Source: Thermotogaceae bacterium | GTDB taxonomy: Bacteria; Thermotogota; Thermotogae; MWEM01 | DNA length: 64,000 bases | Reading direction: 5' to 3' | Assembly (NCBI GenBank): GCA_030445775.1 | Contig: JASUTC010000001.1 | Location: 28,914 to 92,913 of the forward strand | Translations under genes and position numbers: made by a program | Part shown: positions 9,657 to 18,609 of the stretch, one piece after another | Position numbering within the stretch: the stretch's first letter is position 1 | Layout: each line of letters starts with the position of its first letter | The notes under the pieces: model-generated | What the model was told of the DNA's origin: nothing | Database searches by the model: none | What the model saw: only the letters and a program-made list of their open reading frames with translations

Positions 9657-10377
9657 TTTTCGTCACCTCCAGAAAAACCTCTTCCATCGTCGAATCTCCA
9701 CGGTTTTTCTTTAACTTTTCAACGGTACCGACAAATAATAATTCCCCTTTTGAAATGATGGCAACTCGGTCACAAATCTTTTCAACAATCTCCATCACAT
9801 GAGTTGAAAAAAAGACAGTTTTGCCTTTTTCTGAATGAGATTTCATCATCTTTTTAAGTCTGAAGGCTGATTCAGGATCAAGCCCCACAATCGGTTCATC
9901 TAAAATCCAAACAGCCGGGTTATGCATCAAAGCTGATATTAGTGATAATTTTTGTCTCATGCCATGAGAATACGTATCAATCGTTTTTACCAAGTCCGAA
10001 TTCAACTTAAAAGCTTCGGATAATTTTGTAATTCTCTCTCTCCTTTGCCGGTTACTCACCTGATACATATCAGCAATGAAATTCAAATACTCGATCCCCT
10101 TTAATTTTTCCATTAATACAGCTTCGTCAGGAACATAACCAATTTGATATTTGGCTTGAACTGATGCTTTGGTTATATCATGACCGTTGACTGTGATCGA
10201 ACCGTTTGTGGGATTCAAAAGACCCACAATGGATTTAATCGTCGTTGATTTACCGGCACCATTTGGCCCTAAAAAACCGAAAACCTCACCATCTCTAATC
10301 TCTAAACTAATATTTTTAACTGCAAAAGTTCCTTTTGAATACGATTTTGAAAAATCATGAATCGATATCACTCTCAT
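9613..10377 (-). CDS. ABC transporter ATP-binding protein (ABC-2 exporter type)
   Basis: GPNGAGKS Walker A, YSHGMRQK signature, ILDEP Walker B, STH; ATG at 10377 preceded by AGGGAGGG. Confidence 0.93.
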   Translation of the reverse strand: MRVISIHDFSKSYSKGTFAVKNISLEIRDGEVFGFLGPNGAGKSTTIKSIVGLLNPTNGSITVNGHDITKASVQAKYQIGYVPDEAVLMEKLKGIEYLNFIADMYQVSNRQRRERITKLSEAFKLNSDLVKTIDTYSHGMRQKLSLISALMHNPAVWILDEPIVGLDPESAFRLKKMMKSHSEKGKTVFFSTHVMEIVEKICDRVAIISKGELLFVGTVEKLKKNRGDSTMEEVFLEVTKSEAEQDDFSYLDAY

Positions 10378-10417
10378 CCCCTCCCTTCTCACTGTATTAT
10401 AACAAATAGTACAGATA

Positions 10418-10458
10418 TACAAAAAAACAACCGATTACAATTCGGTTGTTTTTTTGTA
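10418..10458. terminator. Intrinsic terminator downstream of the GerW-TPR gene
   Basis: TACAAAAAAACAACCGA-TTACAAT-TCGGTTGTTTTTTTGTA perfect inverted repeat. Confidence 0.85.
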
Positions 10459-10461
10459 AAT

Positions 10462-11451
10462 TTATTTGCTCAGTAATTGATCAAATTCAGCTGTAGCTTC
10501 CGGATTCATTTGTTTACCCTTTTGTGCATACTCTTCTGCCTTTTCTCGATTTTCATCTTTCAAATAGGCTTCAACAATGCCAAAATAGGGCTCTAACTGA
10601 TCAGGAGAAGCCTCCATGGCCTGTTTGAATCCATTAATTGAAGCTTTCATATTACCCATGGGACTGTAAAGGTTTAACCACCCCTTGGATAAATTCAGAA
10701 AATAATCATTAGGATCCAATGTTAATCCCTTATTGATAGATGTTTGGGCCTCCATGGCCATTTTCATTTGCTCCAATGGAGAAACTGTATCAATCAATCT
10801 CAATGTGGTATAAGCATAAAGACCTAAAAGCCGAGGGTTTTCCGGCTGCTTTTGAAGAAGACCCTGAATTTCCGGTCTTGACCCCTTTATGGTTTCCAAG
10901 GTGGGGTCATCCATCAACATTCTGGAAAGACTCTCCGCTGATCTTTGGATGATTTGTTGTTCATCTAAGGATTCCTTTTTTTCAATTACCACTTGCTGCT
11001 CTTTCATGGGAGCGGGCTTCATTTCCTTTTCAGTAACACCACTTTGAACTGATCCAGGTGCAAGGGAAAAATATTGCATGACCATTTGAAGTATTTGTGG
11101 AAGTACATTTACAATTTGTTTCAAAACAGGTTCCTTATTGCTGAGAGATCTGATTTCAATGTCATCACCACTGACGATGATGATGCTGTAAGGAATCAAA
11201 TTGACACTTCCTGATGTTCCTGCAGCCATTAGAGGGTCTCCACCACCACCTCCAATAAAGAACGTATTCACTTCAAAAACTGGTATCAGGTACTTGTCTC
11301 CAAGTTCAACAGGATCACCTATGGCCATGTTTGGTGCGATTGACTCGAAACCAGATCCCAAGATCATCCCCGGGACATCAGATACTCCTTGTGCATACAA
11401 AACGCTCGTTAACAAAAACAGCACTGCAATAATCAAACAACACTTTTTCAT
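10462..11451 (-). CDS. Exported protein with GerW/YtfJ-like N-terminal domain and C-terminal TPR-like repeats
   Basis: Signal peptide (MKKCC...VLYA|Q); IGDPVELGDKYLIPV..FIGGGGG..GSVNLIP pattern typical of YtfJ/GerW; helical repeats ending LDPND, ASPDQ, MNPE. Confidence 0.65.
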   Translation of the reverse strand: MKKCCLIIAVLFLLTSVLYAQGVSDVPGMILGSGFESIAPNMAIGDPVELGDKYLIPVFEVNTFFIGGGGGDPLMAAGTSGSVNLIPYSIIIVSGDDIEIRSLSNKEPVLKQIVNVLPQILQMVMQYFSLAPGSVQSGVTEKEMKPAPMKEQQVVIEKKESLDEQQIIQRSAESLSRMLMDDPTLETIKGSRPEIQGLLQKQPENPRLLGLYAYTTLRLIDTVSPLEQMKMAMEAQTSINKGLTLDPNDYFLNLSKGWLNLYSPMGNMKASINGFKQAMEASPDQLEPYFGIVEAYLKDENREKAEEYAQKGKQMNPEATAEFDQLLSK

Positions 11452-11605
11452 TTTATACCTCCTTTTTTACCATTACCGCTGTAGTCAATTATACAACAAA
11501 TCAAATTCAATTTTTCAAACACATAATCCCAGCAATCAGGTGTTGTGGGTTTAGCTTGTATTTTTTCGAGTTTTGCAAACGATTATATTACTTATTTATT
11601 AAATG

Positions 11606-11640
11606 AAAAAAAGGGGGGCTTTCGCCACCCCTTTATTTTA
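11606..11640 (-). terminator. Intrinsic terminator after the yjfB-like gene
   Basis: Minus strand AGGGGTGGC-GAAA-GCCCCCCT followed by TTTTTT. Confidence 0.8.
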
Positions 11641-11641
11641 T

Positions 11642-11833
11642 TCATACCCGTACATCAAGTACCGCTCCGAGACCATCCTGTTTTGGCAATGTCTGTAACA
11701 GCTGTGTATTTTCCTCAAGAGCCTGGTCCATAACCTGTTTCATGACCGCGGTACCCATTTCAGCCGATATTTGCAGATTTTTCAGCTGCATGGCTGACTG
11801 GGTAATTCCGGATGATATACCATCTACACCCAT
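11642..11833 (-). CDS. YjfB-family putative motility protein
   Basis: 63 aa with VMKQVMD...LLQTL...GLGAVLDVRV family pattern; AAGGAG RBS; own sigma28-like promoter and terminator. Confidence 0.8.
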   Translation of the reverse strand: MGVDGISSGITQSAMQLKNLQISAEMGTAVMKQVMDQALEENTQLLQTLPKQDGLGAVLDVRV

Positions 11834-11867
11834 TTAACCACGCTCCTTCATTAAAGAATACAAATAA

Positions 11868-11894
11868 TTATCGACGAAATAAAGTCAAACTTAA
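11868..11894 (-). promoter_or_regulatory. Sigma28 (FliA/SigD)-type promoter
   Basis: Minus strand TTAAGTTT-N11-GTCGATAA versus consensus TAAAGTTT-N11-GCCGATAA. Confidence 0.75.
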
Positions 11895-11910
11895 TTACCT
11901 ATGTTCCTCT

Positions 11911-11939
11911 TTGGCAAATTTCACTGTTAATGGTAAAAT
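11911..11939 (+). promoter_or_regulatory. Sigma70-type promoter of the radical SAM operon
   Basis: TTGGCA-N17-TAAAAT with an extended TG. Confidence 0.6.
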
Positions 11940-11968
11940 ATATTAATAACTATAAGTGAGGCTTACTC

Positions 11969-13474
11969 ATGTCCGACAAAATCGTTATAATCGATGGATA
12001 TATAGATGAACCTGCTCAATTTGGCGTCCCTCCTTATATTTCACCAACTTGTCGTTATGCCTTTGGTTGCTATATGTTCTATGGAGTTACTCCTGAATAT
12101 TATACGATTGATCAAATTAGAGAGCATGACCTTTGGAATTATCTAAATGGTTTTGATCATCTTATTTTAATCGGTGGTGTTAGTGTCCCCGGTAAATACA
12201 TCGGGGGTAATCCCGTAAAATACACCGAACTGGAAAAAATTTCTCAATATGCACCACATCCCCTGAAAATCTATAAAGGGCCATATACTTTGGGTTATAC
12301 TAGTAAAGGGGGACGAGATGCTCATGTTATCGAACATCTGAATAATTTATACGATTGCCCTGTAACAGGTAATTTGGAAACCTTTTTATTTTACTTGTTA
12401 AAAGGTGATCTTCCTGCTGAATCTATTGAGAAAGACGAGGCTGTTTTTGAAAAGATCACTCAATATGGCGCACCAATCATTAGACAACACCCGAATTATC
12501 CCGATCTAATCTGTGAAATTGAAGTCTCTACAGGATGTGAAAGAAATAGCCACTGTTCCTTTTGTACAGAACCACTTTTTTACGGTAAATATCACGAAAG
12601 ATTGCCTGAAAAAATTCTCAAAGAAATTGAGGGACTTGTCAAAAATGGGGCTAGATACTTCAGGTTGGGGCGTGCAGCAAATATATTGGCATATGGATAT
12701 ACAAAAAACGATAAAGATGGTTTATTTTTAGATCAATTATATTCCGGTATTAGACAAAAATGCCCAAAATTAGGTATGCTTCACACTGATAATGCAAATC
12801 CTGGATTCATACAAAACAATCCGATGATTTCAGAAAAAGCTATAAAAATAATTTCACAGTACAACACCTCCGGTGACAGTCTATCCTTTGGTGTAGAAAG
12901 TTTTGACGAAACAGTCATTAAACAGAACAATTTGGCTATAGATCCCGATGGCGTTATCTCCGCTTGTGAAACAGTTAATCGCGTCGGTGGTTTTTTAAAA
13001 GATGGTGTACCGGCCTTGCTACCAGGGATTAACCTTTTGTTTGGATTAATAGGGGAAAGCACCAAAACATTTGACATCAATTTTAAGTACTTAAAGAAAC
13101 TAATGGAAAAAGGCATTTTATTGCGTAGAATAAATATAAGAAAAGCTATGGTTTTTCCCGAAACTCCACTTTACCGTTATATTCAAAAACATAAAATTAA
13201 GTCTCATTCACGTGAATTTAGAAAATTCAAAGAAAAAGTCAGAGAAGAAATCGACAGACCAATGCTTAAAAAAGTCTATCCCTCTGGAACAATAATAAAA
13301 GATGTGATTGTGGAATACAATAAAGGAAACATATCCTTCGGGAGAAAACTTGGTACTTATGCAATTTTAATCGGTATTAGAAAAAAAATAAAACCGGGAA
13401 CAAAATTAAATGTCAGAATAACCGAACACGGTTACAGATCAGTTACTGGTGTAATTGAAAATGAGGATGGATAA
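11969..13474 (+). CDS. Radical SAM protein with C-terminal TRAM domain (COG1031-like)
   Basis: IDGYIDEPAQFGVPPYISP N-terminus; CERNSHCSFC (CX5CX2C); LHTDNANP; C-terminal beta-rich TRAM-like region ending HGYRSVTG. Confidence 0.85.
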   Translation: MSDKIVIIDGYIDEPAQFGVPPYISPTCRYAFGCYMFYGVTPEYYTIDQIREHDLWNYLNGFDHLILIGGVSVPGKYIGGNPVKYTELEKISQYAPHPLKIYKGPYTLGYTSKGGRDAHVIEHLNNLYDCPVTGNLETFLFYLLKGDLPAESIEKDEAVFEKITQYGAPIIRQHPNYPDLICEIEVSTGCERNSHCSFCTEPLFYGKYHERLPEKILKEIEGLVKNGARYFRLGRAANILAYGYTKNDKDGLFLDQLYSGIRQKCPKLGMLHTDNANPGFIQNNPMISEKAIKIISQYNTSGDSLSFGVESFDETVIKQNNLAIDPDGVISACETVNRVGGFLKDGVPALLPGINLLFGLIGESTKTFDINFKYLKKLMEKGILLRRINIRKAMVFPETPLYRYIQKHKIKSHSREFRKFKEKVREEIDRPMLKKVYPSGTIIKDVIVEYNKGNISFGRKLGTYAILIGIRKKIKPGTKLNVRITEHGYRSVTGVIENEDG

Positions 13475-13476
13475 TT

Positions 13477-14541
13477 ATGGCCGAAGAAATTATCAATGAA
13501 TTTGATCTTTTTGCAGTTCACATTAAAATTAACTGTATTTCACTTGATGAAGTGATTGTTGGCTATTTTTTCGGTAAAAAAAACGAAAATTTGGAGTACA
13601 CGTTCTTTAATTTTCCCGCCTCTGTAAGACAAAGATTACCCGATATCAACAATAACCCACACCTTAATTTTAAAGAAGAACTTAATGAAATATCAAATAA
13701 ATTGATTCCCGACCATCCAGAAATCGTTGAGAGAAGCGCTAAATTGATGGATTACATTAATATTCAATTTAGAAAAATCGGAGGATTAGAACGTTTTTCA
13801 AAGAAGGTTTCCTATTTATTCGAATTGGACGAAAAAGACGAAATCAGTATGGAGTTACTGGGATTATTTGATAACTGGGTCGAAAAGAAGGAATTGCAAT
13901 ACACTGCCGAGCTCTTTTCTGCTGAAGATTATACAAAACAAGTAATGGAAAGTGCAGAATTCTATCCCGAGATGGAAAATATCACCAATTATCTTGATTT
14001 AACGAAAATGATTGAATTTTACCCTCTAATAGATCCAATTCAAGGAATCTCTATTGATGCCTTTGAGGTTGGCATGTCTTTAAGAATCACAATCCTTTCA
14101 TTTCCGGATGAGGAAACAGAAAAACTTATCAAAGATCATTATCAAGATCATATCGACCCGAAAGAAGGTTATTTAAAAACCATTGAAGCTGACATTGTAT
14201 CAAAGGAGTTACTTTCAGGAAAAAATGACACTTATGTACTTGTAAAGGTTCACTTATGTGAGGATATCTATGCTTATTCAATCATTCTCAAATCTTTAAA
14301 ACTCAATCGAAACCAGATTCTCAAACGTAATCTATTACCACCCATACAAGAGGAAGATGAAAGTATCCCCTCAGGTGAAGAAAAGATTTTCACGGGGAGA
14401 ATAAAAAAGGAAACCAAAGTATTTTCAACGCTGAAAGAAAAAGCGAAATTTAAAATAACAGATTTGATATTAGTTTTAATAATTGTGGGAGGGAGCATCG
14501 CATTAACCGCGTTATTAATTGACTTAATATCAAAAAGATGA
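13477..14541 (+). CDS. Tail-anchored hypothetical protein (DUF4899-like), paralog 1
   Basis: 354 aa with a single C-terminal TM helix; shares GYFFGK and FYPLIDPxxG blocks with 16976-18007. Confidence 0.6.
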   Translation: MAEEIINEFDLFAVHIKINCISLDEVIVGYFFGKKNENLEYTFFNFPASVRQRLPDINNNPHLNFKEELNEISNKLIPDHPEIVERSAKLMDYINIQFRKIGGLERFSKKVSYLFELDEKDEISMELLGLFDNWVEKKELQYTAELFSAEDYTKQVMESAEFYPEMENITNYLDLTKMIEFYPLIDPIQGISIDAFEVGMSLRITILSFPDEETEKLIKDHYQDHIDPKEGYLKTIEADIVSKELLSGKNDTYVLVKVHLCEDIYAYSIILKSLKLNRNQILKRNLLPPIQEEDESIPSGEEKIFTGRIKKETKVFSTLKEKAKFKITDLILVLIIVGGSIALTALLIDLISKR

Positions 14542-15488
14542 AACAAATGGGAAGTGTAAGCATGAACAATATCTTTGGAATCGTTCCCTCAAGAAGGTTG
14601 GGAAGATCATTAGGGGTAAGTACCATTCCAATCAGTACATGTAGTTATTCATGCGTTTATTGCCAGCTTGGCAGGACCAGAAACATGACTATCAGACGTC
14701 ATAATTTCTTTAAAATCGATGATCTTGTTATGCAGTTGAAAGGTTATCAGGATAAAAAAGACAAATTTGATGTGATCACCCTTGTAGGAGAAGGTGAACC
14801 AACCTTATACGAACAAACAGGGGAGCTGATAAAAAGAATAAAACAGCTTTTTGATAAACCGATAGCACTCATTACAAATGGTTCCTTATTTTTTCTGGAA
14901 GAAGTTCGACAGGATTGTATGCATGCAGATATTGTCATGCCAACATTGGATGCATGGGATGATGATAGTTTCAAAACTTTAAACAGGCCGTTTAAAACCA
15001 TTACCTTTGAAAAGATGTACAATGGATTAGTGGATTTCAGAGGAGAATATAAAGGTGACTTTTATCTGGAAATCATGTGTGTAAAGGGAATCACTGACCA
15101 AGGTAATAACATGGCGTTGTTAACCGAAAAAATCAACAAATTAAATCCTGACAAGGTATTTGTCAATACACCCGTCAGACCACCTGCGGAAAAATGGGTT
15201 GAAAGATGTACTAAAGAATTTATAGAGAAATTACAAAAACAATTTAAAACAAACACAGATTTAGAAATACCTGATACAAATTTATACAGTCATAATCTTG
15301 ACCTTTACCAGGCGATAATCGAAATCATCAAACGCCATCCACTTGATCAATCCAGTATAGAAAAGTTCTGTAAAAACCGGGAAGAAGATCCTGAACAGAT
15401 GATTAAAAGATTATCAGAAGATAAAAATGTAGAAAGAATTAAGTATGAGAATAAGGTGTTTTATAGAATAAAATCAAAAAAGAGGTAA
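14538..15488 (+). CDS. Radical SAM protein (COG0731-like)
   Basis: GIVPSRRLGRSLG, CSYSCVYCQLG, GEGEPTL, NTPVRPPAE. Confidence 0.88.
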   Translation: MKQMGSVSMNNIFGIVPSRRLGRSLGVSTIPISTCSYSCVYCQLGRTRNMTIRRHNFFKIDDLVMQLKGYQDKKDKFDVITLVGEGEPTLYEQTGELIKRIKQLFDKPIALITNGSLFFLEEVRQDCMHADIVMPTLDAWDDDSFKTLNRPFKTITFEKMYNGLVDFRGEYKGDFYLEIMCVKGITDQGNNMALLTEKINKLNPDKVFVNTPVRPPAEKWVERCTKEFIEKLQKQFKTNTDLEIPDTNLYSHNLDLYQAIIEIIKRHPLDQSSIEKFCKNREEDPEQMIKRLSEDKNVERIKYENKVFYRIKSKKR

Positions 15489-15489
15489 A

Positions 15490-16830
15490 TCAATGAAGGT
15501 TTTCCACCACATTCTTCAACCAAGACCCCTTTTTATACCGTTTGATCAGAACAAAGAATTTTGTCGTTTCTTCAACCATACACAAAGAATAAACGACTGG
15601 AAAAGGCCATTTTAAGACAAGACCTGCAATAGCTGTTACTGGAATACCAATAAGCCAAAGACAACCGGCCTCAACATAAAAGGAAAATTTAGTATCGCCT
15701 CCAGCCCTCAAGATTCCTACTATAAATAAACCGTTGAGGATTTTTATCGGGGAATAAAGCATGGACAACCTTAGTAGAAGGATGGCAAGTTTTTTTACTT
15801 CCTCACTCACTGAAAAAAGATTAACAAATTGAGGGGCAAAAACAATCATAGGAGTTACGAAAAGGACAACTAAAAAAAGATCAAGATAAATGATCTTCTT
15901 TGAAATATCTTTTGCTTTCTTAAAAGAAGATTTGCCCAATTCTTGTCCTATAATTACTGCGGCAGCATTCGACAATGCCATTAATACCGCAAATGAAAAA
16001 CGCTCTATACTGTTCATGATCCTGTTAGCAGCTAAAAGACTTGTTCCCATATAACTGTAGATGATGGTATACATGGAAAAACCTGTAGACCAAAACAATT
16101 CGTTTAATACGGTTGGGGTTGTATATTTCATGAAGCGTTTAAAAAAAGATTTAGATAAACTTTTAAAATGCACAATATGCACTCTTCCTGGATATTTCTT
16201 CCCGTAGATAATGCATAAAATCAACACCATTTCAAATATTCTGGACAATAATGTACCAATACCGGCTCCCTCGATTCCTAATTTCGGAAACCCGAAATTA
16301 CCAAATATCAGTGAGTAATTAAGAAGAACATTTAAACCGATTGCAATCATACTGACCATCATTGGAATAACGGCTTTTTCTGTGTTTCTTAAGACAAAGG
16401 CATAGGTCATGGTAATCCCGAAAGTAATAAAGCTAAAACTGATGGCGGATAAATACTTTGTTCCTTCCCTGATAACGGCTTGGTCTGGAGAAAATATCCT
16501 TAGAGTATTTTCAGGAAAGAAAAAGGCCAGTACAAAAAAAACAACTGAGAAAATCAGGGAACAGGAAATCATTAAAGCGGTCGTTCGAGAAATATTAAAT
16601 TCCTGCTTTGTCCCCCAAAATTGTGCAATAAAGATAGAACCACCGGAAACAAGTCCAAACATGACTACGTTGAATATAAAGAAAAATTGGTTAGATAAAC
16701 CGACTGCGGATATGGAAACTTCCCCAAGTTGCCCGATCATTAACATATCCACAAAGTTCATACTGCTTAAAATGATTTGTTGAATTGCTATCGGTAATGC
16801 CACTTTAAAGAGTCTTCTATAAACATTCAT
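15490..16830 (-). CDS. MATE family efflux transporter
   Basis: About 12 TM segments; VDMLMIGQLG, AQFWG, FPKLGIEGAG and LRAGGDT motifs. Start is either ATG 16830 or GTG 16845. Confidence 0.9.
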   Translation of the reverse strand: MNVYRRLFKVALPIAIQQIILSSMNFVDMLMIGQLGEVSISAVGLSNQFFFIFNVVMFGLVSGGSIFIAQFWGTKQEFNISRTTALMISCSLIFSVVFFVLAFFFPENTLRIFSPDQAVIREGTKYLSAISFSFITFGITMTYAFVLRNTEKAVIPMMVSMIAIGLNVLLNYSLIFGNFGFPKLGIEGAGIGTLLSRIFEMVLILCIIYGKKYPGRVHIVHFKSLSKSFFKRFMKYTTPTVLNELFWSTGFSMYTIIYSYMGTSLLAANRIMNSIERFSFAVLMALSNAAAVIIGQELGKSSFKKAKDISKKIIYLDLFLVVLFVTPMIVFAPQFVNLFSVSEEVKKLAILLLRLSMLYSPIKILNGLFIVGILRAGGDTKFSFYVEAGCLWLIGIPVTAIAGLVLKWPFPVVYSLCMVEETTKFFVLIKRYKKGSWLKNVVENLH

Positions 16831-16975
16831 GCTGGATTTTAACACAAAAAAAGGAATATAATAAAAAGGTTATGTTATTTGTTCGTAAACAAAAATAGTT
16901 TCAAACATGTGCATCAATAAAGTTCCTGCTCTTCATGATATAATTATGAATAAGCTGATATTTCGGTGAAAAGGT

Positions 16976-18007
16976 GTGTCAATGGAGTTTGATTTTTTTT
17001 CAGTTAAAGTATATGCGGAAAGTCAGTCATCAGACGAAATCATTTTAGGTTTTTTCTTTGGCAAAGTGGAAGGACGTTTGGAATTCCAATTTATCAATTT
17101 TGCCAGAAGGTTTAAAGATTTGGCAAAAATAAATCTCAAAGAAGATCTTAACGATTTTAAAAAGGACCTTAACCAGATTTATAGAAAACTTATTGCCAGA
17201 AGTGGAGACATCATTTCAAAAACGAATGATTTTTCCAATTATCTAAAATCTTATATCAATAAAAACGGCGGAAGACTCACTTTCAGCAATAAACTCAGTA
17301 CCATTATTGAAAATAAAGATACAGAAGCGGTAAGATCATTACTCAGGGAACTGTTTGATGAATGGACCAGTGATGTAAAAATCAGATTTGACTGGGGTTG
17401 TTCAACCTATAATGAGATGAGTTTGGAAGAGTCTTCGAAAACTGAACAATCTTTAGACATTCAAAGTGCGATTGAAAAGACAAAAGACAGAAAAGATCTT
17501 TTGGATATGGCGGATTTTTATCCAATCGTTGATCCCATGGAGGGTAAACCTGTGGCAAGTCTTAAGGTTGGTGACTCAATCTATCTAACCGTTGTTAATT
17601 TTAACGATGAAGGCGAAGAACAGAGGCTCGTTAACAGCTATCCAGATAAATTTGATGAAAATGGGAAAAACATTAAACCTTTTGAAGGTTATATTACCGC
17701 TATGGAATATTGTTCAGCAGAAAAAGGGACTGTATTATTGAAGGTACAAATTGATGAATGGTTTCTGGCAAAGGCAATTATTATGTCCAATATTCGAATA
17801 ATGCAGACAAACCGACGAAAAAATTTGTTAAAACAGAATGCAATGGACCAAGATAATATAACAGACACTTTAGTCCAAAAATCCGAGAAAAAAAGTGAAC
17901 AAGAAGATGGCGTTTCCAGAGAAACGTTAATTGACCGTCTTATTATCTCATCCTTAATCGCTCTCATTGTCATCACTATTTTAATCATTATATTCATTTT
18001 TCTATGA
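16976..18007 (+). CDS. Tail-anchored hypothetical protein (DUF4899-like), paralog 2
   Basis: 343 aa with a C-terminal TM helix; GFFFGK and FYPIVDPMEG blocks shared with 13477-14541; TGATATAAT upstream at 16936-16944. Confidence 0.6.
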   Translation: MSMEFDFFSVKVYAESQSSDEIILGFFFGKVEGRLEFQFINFARRFKDLAKINLKEDLNDFKKDLNQIYRKLIARSGDIISKTNDFSNYLKSYINKNGGRLTFSNKLSTIIENKDTEAVRSLLRELFDEWTSDVKIRFDWGCSTYNEMSLEESSKTEQSLDIQSAIEKTKDRKDLLDMADFYPIVDPMEGKPVASLKVGDSIYLTVVNFNDEGEEQRLVNSYPDKFDENGKNIKPFEGYITAMEYCSAEKGTVLLKVQIDEWFLAKAIIMSNIRIMQTNRRKNLLKQNAMDQDNITDTLVQKSEKKSEQEDGVSRETLIDRLIISSLIALIVITILIIIFIFL

Positions 18008-18008
18008 G

Positions 18009-18578
18009 GTGAGCAAATTGGCGAATATTTTTTATCCTGACAAGGCCGATTATCTGCCTTCGAAAAAGCAATACTTGTTAAGAGCGGGTTTTAAAGGCAT
18101 TCAAACCAAACTTGAACGTTCAATGCTAAACCTTACAAATGAGATCTATCTTGAAGCAATACCCTTGGTTGAAGCTCAAATCGACCATCTAACAATACCT
18201 GTTGAAAACGTTGGTAAAATAACAATACCTGAGAAATTCCAAGGGGTAAGTCAAATAACGTACTTTATTTCTACCATTGGAAGAAGGATTGAAGAACGTA
18301 TTGAAAGATACAGTGATTCGGGGGAAACAACAAAAGCCACTTTATTAGATGCATGGGCTTCAGAATCATTAGAGGAATTAAACGAAAATTTTGATAAACA
18401 ACTTCGAAAAAAGCATCATAAAGGCACTATGCGTTTTTCTCCGGGTTATTCAGATTTAAACCTGAGTGAAAACAAAAAAATCATTGATTTGCTTCAATGT
18501 CGTATTGTTAGCGTACACCCAATTTCAGCTATGCTTTCACCACAAAAAAGCACGGTTTGTATGATAGGATGGTATTAG
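18009..18578 (+). CDS. Stand-alone cobalamin-dependent methionine synthase reactivation (SAM-binding) domain
   Basis: STIG, DAWASE, RFSPGY (RxxxGY) and PQKS motifs; adjacent to metF/metH. Confidence 0.85.
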   Translation: MSKLANIFYPDKADYLPSKKQYLLRAGFKGIQTKLERSMLNLTNEIYLEAIPLVEAQIDHLTIPVENVGKITIPEKFQGVSQITYFISTIGRRIEERIERYSDSGETTKATLLDAWASESLEELNENFDKQLRKKHHKGTMRFSPGYSDLNLSENKKIIDLLQCRIVSVHPISAMLSPQKSTVCMIGWY

Positions 18579-18609
18579 CAAATACCACTATTAACATAAA
18601 GGGGTTTAT

